From Paraspadella gotoi (Eukaryota > Animalia > Chaetognatha), in contig CM119265.1 in the NCBI GenBank assembly GCA_051294375.1, positions 18,130,764-18,194,763 on the forward strand: a stretch of 64,000 nucleotides of DNA. Direction: 5' to 3'. Positions 28,485-37,830 of the stretch are shown piece after piece (within the stretch, counting starts at the first letter, position 1; each line of letters starts with the position of its first letter). A model generated the notes under the pieces. It was not told where the DNA came from, ran no database searches, and saw only the letters and a program-made list of their open reading frames with translations. The translations under genes and the position numbers were made by a program.

Positions 28485-29239
28485 CGAGAGTCGATCGGTG
28501 TCGAGAACGGCGCTTAAATAACGATATTCTTTAAAAAATATTATGTTTCATAAAAAAAAAGTTTATGTTAAATTGTAGACTTTAGAAGGAAAAAAAAAAC
28601 ATTTCAATTAGTCTATTACTGTGACTCTTAAATTGTAACCATTTGTAGCTTTGAGTTGACAATAATTTCACTCCTTTAATCTCCCTTAAATTTTTTTTTT
28701 CTTTTCCTTTCTTCCATTTCTTTTTCATCCTATCCTTTCCTTTCCTTCCTTAAATTTCCTTAATCTTCACACGAATTCACACTAACTTTCGGGCAATTCT
28801 CATCCTACGAGTTCCTTACGTTCCTCTCTCTCTCTCTCTCTCTCCTCTCTCTTCCTCTCTCTCTCTCTCTCTCCTCTCCAANNNNNNNNNNNNNNNNNNN
28901 NNNNNNTAGGATGAGAATTGCCCGAGAAGTTAGTGTGAAGTTCGTGTGAAGATTAAGGAAATTTAAGGAAAGGAAAGGAAAGGATAGGACTGAAAAAGAA
29001 ATGGAAAAGAAAGGAAAAGAAAAAAAAATTTAAGGGAGATTAAAGGAGTGAAATTATTTGTCAACTCAAAGCTACAAAATGGTACAATTTAAGATCACAG
29101 TACATAGACTAATTGAAATGTTTTTTTTTTCTTCTAAAGTCTACCAATTTAACATATCACTTTTTTTTATGAAACATAATATTTTTTTAAAGAATATCGT
29201 TATTTAAGCGCCGTAATCTCGACAACCGATCGACTCTCG

Positions 29240-31808
29240 TCACTGAGCCCACCAACCCAGCAACGTCTCGTACCACCCCGGCTCCCGCTTCTTGTCTTCG
29301 AATTGAACCACCAGATCGCCCATCCGTGCGTGCATAAACTCCAGCGCCGCCACCGCCGCGTCGATCGCGGCGTCCGAGCGAGACCAGGAAGACGACGCCG
29401 ACGACGCCGCCAACATCGAAACGGCGCTCGAAGCCAAGAAACGGCGCGTCAAGCAAATCAGGATGACGCCGACGAGGATCATGAGAGTCAGTGTGGCTTT
29501 TTTTACCTGGAGGTGGAAAAGGGTTGTTAGAGAGTTGATTATCTTGCAATGGCTACATTTCATTTTACAGTATTCGTAATGTTTTTGCCAATTCTTAACC
29601 ATTTTTACATTACCTATTTTATAATGTATAATTTAAATAATAAAATGACGTATTAAAAGCTGCTATGTTATGTTATATTATCTTGTAAAAGGGATGACGG
29701 CCTTAACCCACTATATCCTGTCCATTGTCCAAAGCCAGGGGCAAGATTGCTCATTTTTTTAAATGAATCGATAATTTGTACATTGGTTGTACCAATTTCA
29801 TATACTCGCAATTAACTGAACTAAAGCCAAAGGCTCTGACCAGCTTCTTCTGCTGCCTCTCTTCATCTTCCTCGTCTTCTCCCTCGTCGGTCTCGGTAAA
29901 GGCTCCGCCGCTCCTCGCCTTCTCCGCCCTCTTCTTTCTCATCCTCTTCCTCCTCGCCTCCACGTCCACGTCCACCTCCTCCTCGCCCTCTTCGTCGAGC
30001 AACGCCCTCTCCGCGTATTCGTCGAGACGACAAGCGACGTACCTTCATTTTGGGAAGATTAAGTTTATGTTTGTTCCCGACACCGCGAGGAAATCGTTCC
30101 CTTTCAAAGTGACATGGTGTTTAAAAGCCTGGCTTGTCTGTTTGCCTGTCTGTCTGTTTGATGACTTTCAAATTATTTAAAGAAACTAATCTAACGCAGA
30201 CACGATTTCACCTCGCTGCAGAGATTGAAGTATTTTGAAGCTTAGCCTGATGATGATGACGGAGAGTGATGATGGTGATGATGATGATGATGATGATGTA
30301 TGACTATGATAACTACGACGTTGATGACCGATGGATCTCACTTGACGGACTGCGCGCCAAGATGAATGGCGATGATTAGAAGTACTGAAGAAACTCCACG
30401 GGAGTCGCCAGGAATCCGTTGGCGTCGTTCCGCGCCGCCAGCGTCCGCTTCCTTCGTCGATTTTCATGTGGAAGACGGTTTCCTCACAGTGGGCAAAGTT
30501 GTGTCGCGGGTGTTCCGGTTGGATCGACACGTCCGCCCCTCCTCCTGCCGCACAAATTCATCACCAGCGCCATCGGCCGACTTTCGCGACGCCGGCGCTA
30601 CGTCCCGCGCCTCAAAGGTCGCGGCGCGTTGGAAATCGGAACCGCCGATCTTCGTTACTTTCCTCTCGACTCGAGAAACCGTCGTCGCGGTGGAGCGGGT
30701 CGACGGGGTGGAACTGGCCGTCGACGCCGCCCGTCCGCGCCGAGGTGACGGCTTTTGGTCGCTCGATCGTTTGCTGGATTTTTCGCTCGCGCGAGCGGAA
30801 CGTTTGGTCTCGGAGACGGACTTGCGGTCGCGAGAGTCGCTGCGACGAGAAGACGGCTCCTTTTCACGATCGGTTGGTTCTGCTTGGGGTGACGAATAGT
30901 TTGGTGTGTATTTAGTAATATATTGTTGATTTTTTTTCATCTGTGAACTGAATTAAATTGTTTTTGTCTTTCTATGTAGTAACCACTTTGAAACATCTTG
31001 ATAACGGATCTAGGGCTCTGTTAGATTAAATTTTAATTCCTTTAGTTACCCAATGTTTTAACTTCCCCTTCAACTATATTTTACAACAGTCCCCATCTAT
31101 TTCCCAGACATCCAGCCACCTTTGATTATGTAAATGGGAAAAGGAGACAACTGTTTCTTCAGCGCTCCGGACGGCCTGCTTTTCTGATTCCCCGCAAACG
31201 TTGTCTTCGTATCTCTACGCCTCTGGTCCTTGGAGACACGCTGGGAGTCAATGCTTTTCCCGGGCAACGAGGCCCAAGCGACCGAAGCCGTTGTTGCTCG
31301 CGGCGCGACCGACTTCCGCCCCTTGGCCATCGAGGTCCGCATGGATCGTCGGGTGCGGACGTCCTCCAACTCCGAGTTGGATTCGACGTCGAAGTTTGGG
31401 TGAAAGGTGATCGATTGTGTGAGGGAAGACTGGACATTGGAGAATAAAGGGTTGTGGAAAAGGAAGAGTGCGAACGATGAAAAAGGATAAAAAAATAAGC
31501 TTCAAAATTCTCAACCATTTTTTTTTTTAAATATGATAATAATTTTAAATTACATCGCTCGAATTGTTGTCTTCCTTCTTCGCCCGTTTCTTGCTCATTC
31601 CCTGGCTGATCCATTCTTCGGTGGCGGCTTGTAAAGGAAGGAACTGATTAAAAGTTTCAAACTCACGAAGCTATTTTCTACTTTTTATTATTAACTATTA
31701 ACTATATTAATGATATGAACTGTATTTAAAGAGACATAGAATAATTGATAATCGACATATATTGAGCGGGATTCGAGAGTGAATTCTGTACAAAAAATCT
31801 GACGTTTT

Positions 31809-31848
<40 letters not shown>

Positions 31849-34800
31849 CTACATGACAATTCTTGTGCCAAACCGACTAGCCACTGGGTCGGCCAAATGT
31901 CTTCTACATATTAGCTATTTTCTACTTTCTACGATTAACTGCAGAAAAACCAAAAAACACAACCCACCCACAAAATTTATCATAATTCGATGATCTGACA
32001 TGATCTAAGTGTCTTACCGAAAAGATTTTTGGGGCGGGACCGATGGACCGACAAAATGAATTGGAAGCGGATCCGGCAAAAAATTCGGAACAGTGATTAC
32101 CATTTAAAGGTAACTGAGATACTCCAACCTACTGACTAAATCAACTCTATTAATGCCCACCCGATCCTCGTTGGTCTTGGTAGTCCTTCGTCAATGACGA
32201 GCCCCGCCCGACCGTCCCCATCGAGGACCGCTGTTGCGTTTGGCGCGCTTGAGAAAGGCTTGGACGAGTGCCATGCTTCAGGGCGCCGACGTCAGACTTA
32301 CTCGAGGCCGGCGACCTCGAGGGTACTCCGGACAAGATGTCCTCTTGGGACTTGGCTGGAGTTCCAATGGCTCCTGCTTTGGCCCGGCCATCTGCTTCAT
32401 CACTCTTCACTAAAGCGTCGTGAAAGTTGCAGATCAAAATTCGAATAGTTGATCAATGATCATGAACCATTTTGTATTAAAGAACATTTATATATAAAAA
32501 AAAAATTAACTTCTATGGCAACAGCCGGGTTGCCTGTGATGCCCATTGGGGATGGGGCATCTCACTGTTGGCTTGGGGGCTTCCGACCCTCAGTGACGCC
32601 TCCAGTCACTGGCGCGGTTACCCTAGGACGGTCTCGTTTGCCAACGCAGAGGGAAGTCGTTAGGACTGTGGATGGAACACTACACTTGGGATGGTGTGTT
32701 CCCCCTCTGAGCCAATGGATTTGGCTGAAGGATGGTGGACGTGAGGCGGTGTGAATATACCGCCACAGGATCCCCGGGCCAAGACATCACTCAGGTTCCT
32801 CAAGCCTGAGAGGTGTCTGACAAGACTGTTACCATATAGGGGAGAGAGAGAGAGAGCGCGAGTTGTGGGGGCATAGGCGTTTTTGTCGTAGCGTACCCCA
32901 GGGGCATAGGCGTTTGTCGTAGCGTACCCCAGGGCATAGGCGTTTGTCGTAGCGTACCCTGAGAAGGTTGCGTGTTCGATAGTAGGGCTCACCACTTATG
33001 GCAACAGCCGGGTTGCCTGTGATGCCCATTGGGATGGGGCATCTCACTGTTGGCTTTGGGGGCTTCCGACCCTCAGTGACGCCTCCAGTCACTGGCGCGG
33101 TTACCCTAGGACGGTCTCCGCTTTGCCAACGCAGAGGGAAGTCGTTAGGACTGTGGATGGAACACTACACTTGGGATGGTGTGTTCCCCCTCTGAGCCAA
33201 TGGATTTGGCTGAAGGATGGTGGACGTGAGGCGGTGTGAATATACCGCCACACTTCTCAATTTTCGCATTAGCCTATATTTATACAGAGTACATAGTACT
33301 CGCCCAAATTTCAAAATTTTAAAAAAGTTTCGAAAGCAGAATTGAATTCCTTAAAAAAGTTGATAAAAGAAAATATGAGTCTTAATCAAAAATTCTTTCA
33401 TAAAGTTAGCTAAAAATTAAAAAAAACTATATTTTTTATTTTAAAATTTAATTATTGGATAACTGTAACAGTTTTTTAGGATTTTGACCGACTTAATGAA
33501 ATAATTTTTTTTAAAAAAAGTTACATTTTCTTTTATCAATTCTTCGTGAAGAAGTCGAATCTGCTTTCAAAAATAAGAAAAAAACCTTTTTAAAACTTTG
33601 ACATTTTCTATGATGAGTACTAAGTATAAATATAGAATGAATAAATAAATTTTTTTTATTTAAAAATGTTCAGTGGTACAAGCCTCTTCATGATCTACTA
33701 TTCGAATTTTGATTCTACTTGATTTCATTATTTTTGCTACGCTTTACTCTTCACGAGGCCGACGATTTCCGCAGACGCACCTGCTTGATTATTTCCCGTT
33801 GGGCCCGTCTTGTCCGATGGAGCTTGCGTGTTTCCCCAGAAATCTGCCATTAATTTGGCGTCCTTCTGATTAGGCGACAGACTCTGGAGAGATGGCTTTG
33901 AGAGAGAACCCCGAAAAGATTCCTTCGAAGGCTCCTCATTGGGCACTTTTTCAGGGGCTTTTGCAGGGTCTCGAATAGATTCCCTTGGAGGTTCCTCGAT
34001 GGGCGCTTGAACAGGCGCCTTGCCGGGGTCAGGTTCCTCAGAGCCCGTCGGTTTCGCGACGCCGTCCACCGTCTCATTCGGTACGGGATATTCAATAGTT
34101 TGGGTGGTGGTTTGAATAGGCGCTGAAATTAAAATTGGAAATAACTCGTAATATAAATTATTTGAAAAAGCGTCAAAGGATAAAAAAAATCTTTTAATTA
34201 CTGAAACAGCCGGGTTGCCTGTGATGCCCATTGGGATGGGGCATCTCACTGTTGGCTTTGCGGGCTTCCGACCCTCAGTAACCCTAGGACGGCCTCACTT
34301 TGCCAACGAAGAGGGAAAACTTTAAAATTGTGGAAGGAACGTAACGCTTGGGTTGGTGCAAAGCTGGATGTGAGGCGGTGTGAATATACCGCCACAATGT
34401 GTCATTTGACAAAATTTTTTCGGCAAAGCATTTCATAGACATTTTAACTAAATCAAATAAATTTATTTAAATTTTACTAATAAAAATAATTTAATTAATA
34501 ACAATCTTTGTAGTTACCGATTAAAACGTTCGTGTTTCCTAATATCACACAAACAACAAAAAAGAAAGATTTGACACAATAATAAGGATTTAATAATGAT
34601 TAAAAGCTAAATTTCTCAGGACATTACTATTTCTTGAAAGGTTTTAAATTTAAAGTTTATTAAAGTTTTAAAACATTAAGTTTCACCTTACGAAACATCA
34701 CAAGAATCTCAACCGAAATTTACTCACCCTGTTCAGAGTCCTGGCCGTCATCGTCATCGCCCATCGCGTGCATAGACGTTTCCATCCCCTTGGTCGTTGT

Positions 34801-35806
34801 TTTCTGTCTCTCCCATATTTGGGCCGATCCTTCCATTTGTTCCATTTGTTCCATTTGTTCCCTCCTTTCATTCACCGACGATGTCGAGGATGCGCGATCT
34901 CCGATTCCATCCGGTTCCTTAAACTCCTCCGTCAGAAAAAGAAGCGCCTGAAACGACTCCCCGACGCTCGAGCCGCTCGTCGATGGACTGTAGGGGTTGT
35001 TGCGATTTGTGGAAGCGTTTCTCGAGGGCCTCGGCATCGAGCCACTCTCCGGCGATCTAAATTCCTTCGCCTTGTCGCATTCCATCTCAGTGACCTTGGT
35101 GTAGCTCCGCGTCGAGATCGGTGGCCTTTTACGGATTTTAGGCCTGACGACTCGAGACTCTTCCGTTTTTGACGACGCGATGCTCATCACGGCTCCGTCG
35201 GCCACGGAATCCGGCGCCACCGACTCGGATTTACTCTCGATCGACTCGGATTCCACGACGGAACTTTTTTCCGTCGACGACGCCGCCAGCTCGTTACGCC
35301 CCTCGGCGTCCAAGTTGTTGTTGTTGGCGTTGATGTCGAGGACGTCGCGGTGTAGTCGGTGATAATCCCTCGATTCTCCAAGGCTCCGAGGATCCTTCGG
35401 AAGCTGCGTCTCTTCGTCCAAAGCGGTCTCGTTTACATCTACTCTAATTGCCGACGATGGGCTGTTCGTTTCTTTCGCAATCAGGTTTTCTTCGATTCGA
35501 ACGGGTAAGTGACTAATCTGATCGGATTTTTTGCTCTTTTTCAACACGTCTAACGCTTCGCTTACAAACGGGTTCTTTCTCCGTTTGGTTGCCTCTTTAT
35601 TCTCACGACTACGCTTCTTCCCTTCGAGGTGACCAACCTCCTTACTTCCATCGATCACTTCCTTCTCTTTAACTCCTCTGCACGCGTGGCGACTCCATGC
35701 GCCTTCTTCCTTCCCGCGCACCTTTTCGCCGCTCGTCGTAGATTCCGGATTTTCTCGTCCCAAATTCTCCATTTCCGTCGTCTTCATCGACCGATTCCAA
35801 CGTCGC

Positions 35807-35844
<38 letters not shown>

Positions 35845-37560
35845 GGCGACTCTCTCCTCGCTCTTCAAATCCTCCCTCCTCATCCTCCTCCTCTTCCTCC
35901 ACCTCCTCACCGCCTCCACGATCTTGCTACCCTCGTCGTCGCTGGTGTCGTCGTCGTCATCGCGTCCGGCCAAACAGGACGAACGCGTCCTCTGACGGCA
36001 GCTTCGTCGCTTTCGTCGAACGTTTCTGGCGTCTTCGTCGTTGTCGTCGTCGTCGTCGGGAGATGTGAGGCGATAAAATTGGATTCCTGCGGCACCGTTC
36101 TCCATCGATGTCTCGTTCTCCCTCAACGCTTCGTTCTCCCAAGACGGCTCGTTCTCAATAGCCTGTGTCCTTCTTGCCAATTCTTCTTGGAGAACAGTTT
36201 GTCTCTTTCCTCTATCAACTCCCAGTGTTTTCTTCGGCGAAACATGTCTGCCATCACGCATCCACGCATCTCCGTCGTTGAATTCTGCTTCTCCATAAGA
36301 TTGAGATAAGATAACTGGCGGGATAGTGACGTCATTCCCTCCTCGTTTTTCTCCATTCGCTTCTCTCTCTTCTTTTTCCATTTTCCTTTCTCGCTCCGTC
36401 AGCCTCTCTCCTTCAATTCTCTTTTCCTCGAATTTTCTTTCCTCCTCTTTCAATTCTCTCATCCTCTCATTCCTCGTCCTCTCTTCTCTAAATCTCCTTT
36501 CTTCCCTCAATCTTCCCTCTTCTTTACTTCTCTCCAGCCTCCGATCCTCCCTTTCTTCTCTTATACTCTCTTCTCTTCTCCATCTCCCCCCCTCCCTTTC
36601 CCTCTCCCTTCTACCCAAACTCGACGCCTCCCATCTCTTCTTCGACTCCTCGTCTTTCCTCAACTTCTCCTTCACTCTGTCCATGATGCCGCGCAGCGAC
36701 GACAACTTCCTCTCGAACATTTCGTCCAACTCTCGATCGCTGTCGAGCGTCGACGACGTTGCGGCCGTCGTCGTCGTCAACGTTGCAGACGCCGGCGTCT
36801 TTTCAGCGCTGTAGCGGGCATTGTGTATCGACGCCGCGCCATTTCGAGACGAAGGAGCGCCGATATCGTTCCGGTTGGCGCCGAAGACATCCTTGTCGGG
36901 CTCTGAGAGATACTGACTTCGAAAAGAATTGTTTTCGATTCTGGAATAATCTCGAAAACCGCCCTCGCCGCTTCGTTGGTCCAAAGACGAAGCGGCTCCT
37001 TGAAGACCGGAAACGACCTCGGTCTCAAAGCTACGACCGGCACCGTCGTTGACTTCTTGAATGCCATAATGTCGTCCGCGATCGGCGGTGCCAGTAATCT
37101 CGGGCGCCGCGAAAAAACTTCCGGTCGACGCGGCACCGTAATTGTCAGCAAACGCTAATCCGAAGCCGGTTAAGGATTCCCGATGGGCGTCGCTTGCGGT
37201 GCGAAACGTTTCGGAAGACTTCAAGGCTGAGATCATGAGGAGGAGGTTGTCGATCTTCGCTTCACAGAGTCGAGCGTCGAGATCGTCCAAGTCGAGACTC
37301 GTCGTTGTCTGTGGTGGAAGAAGAAGTGAAAGGAGGTAAATACAATATTGCACAGTTCTCTTAGTCTTAAGCTTATCTATGTGTTATTTTGTTATTTTTC
37401 TTTCTTTTTCGATGGGGAGTTATCCCCCTCTCTCTCTCTTTTCTGTATCCATCTTTCTAACTCCCTCAAGAACTTCCTTTTTTAACCTTACGACGACATC
37501 AGTGAAGATAATGGCCACGATGGCGGCAAGAACAATTTTGACAACGACTTAACGACGTCG
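29240..37560 (-). CDS. Large multi-exon secreted/membrane-type protein: E/R/K-rich coiled-coil and S/T/P-rich regions, C-terminal TM helix; function unknown
   Basis: 2.6-kb exon (ORF 34720-37353; acceptor CAG|ACAACG, donor GG|GTGAGT). An upstream hydrophobic exon reads KIVLAAIVAIIFTDVV|gtaag. Further exons at ~33780-34125, ~32160-32410, ~31120-31430, ~30340-30940 and ~29840-30040. The last exon is VKKATLTLMILVGVILICLTRR...WYETLLGWWAQ*. Start codon and the joining of all exons into one gene are uncertain. Confidence 0.6.
32567..32645 (-). ncRNA. Twister ribozyme in 3' LTR; predicted cleavage between 32620 (U) and 32619 (A)
   Basis: GUUGGC-AAAC-GAGA-CCG-UCCUAGGG-UAA-CCGC-GC-CAGUGAC..GUCACUG-AGGG-UCGGAAGC-CCCC-AA-GCCAAC. 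Confidence 0.75.
32868..32960 (-). repeat. Three ~31-bp tandem repeats inside the TRIM
   Basis: GGGGTACGCTACGACAAACGCCTATGCCCCT x3 (also ~24600-24693). Confidence 0.9.
33049..33130 (-). ncRNA. Twister ribozyme in 5' LTR; predicted cleavage between 33103 (U) and 33102 (A)
   Basis: GUUGGC-AAA-GCGG-A-GA-CCG-UCCUAGGG-UAA-CCGC-GC-CAGUGAC..GUCACUG-AGGG-UCGGAAGC-CCCC-AAA-GCCAAC. P2 is CCGC/GCGG. Pseudoknots are CGG/CCG and GC/GC. Confidence 0.8.
34199..34396 (-). mobile_element. Degenerate family A solo LTR (right-arm copy of 23178-23373)
   Basis: Same internal deletion as the left-arm copy, so the deletion is unlikely to be read noise. Confidence 0.85.
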
Positions 37561-37830
37561 CTTTAATCTGACTTCGAAACGGAAACTTTGAGAAAATAAA
37601 AACAAAAAATTCGTAATTGGATGTTTCCCCTTTTTGTTTTATTTGGTAAAAATATTCTACAAAATTTAATTTGTCTTATAAGAATAGCACACGTACTACG
37701 TAATGAGATTTGAAAAATCTGAAGTAAAAATACTATAGCTCACTTAATAAAGTCAAACACTATTTGGTCAACACATAAGATGAATCCTAAAATAATACAA
37801 ATTTATTTAATTGTAGTAATGAACAAAGTT

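Larger units (their letters stand above)
32514..33252 (-). mobile_element. TRIM / non-autonomous LTR retroelement (family A), cleanest copy
   Basis: LTRs 32997-33252 and 32514-32767, nearly identical. TSD CTTC at 32510-32513 and 33253-33256. PBS at 32985-32994, 2 nt from the 5' LTR. Short G-run (CCCGGGGATCC) before the 3' LTR. Confidence 0.92.

Noticed and set aside
32449-33195. ORFs overlapping the TRIM
   Set aside because: Short, not conserved in frame between the two arms, and no gag/pol motifs; by-products of GC-rich structured sequence
37555-37575. In-frame TAA suggesting a variant genetic code
   Set aside because: Explained by alternative splice-site or frame choice and the high indel rate; no consistent stop read-through elsewhere
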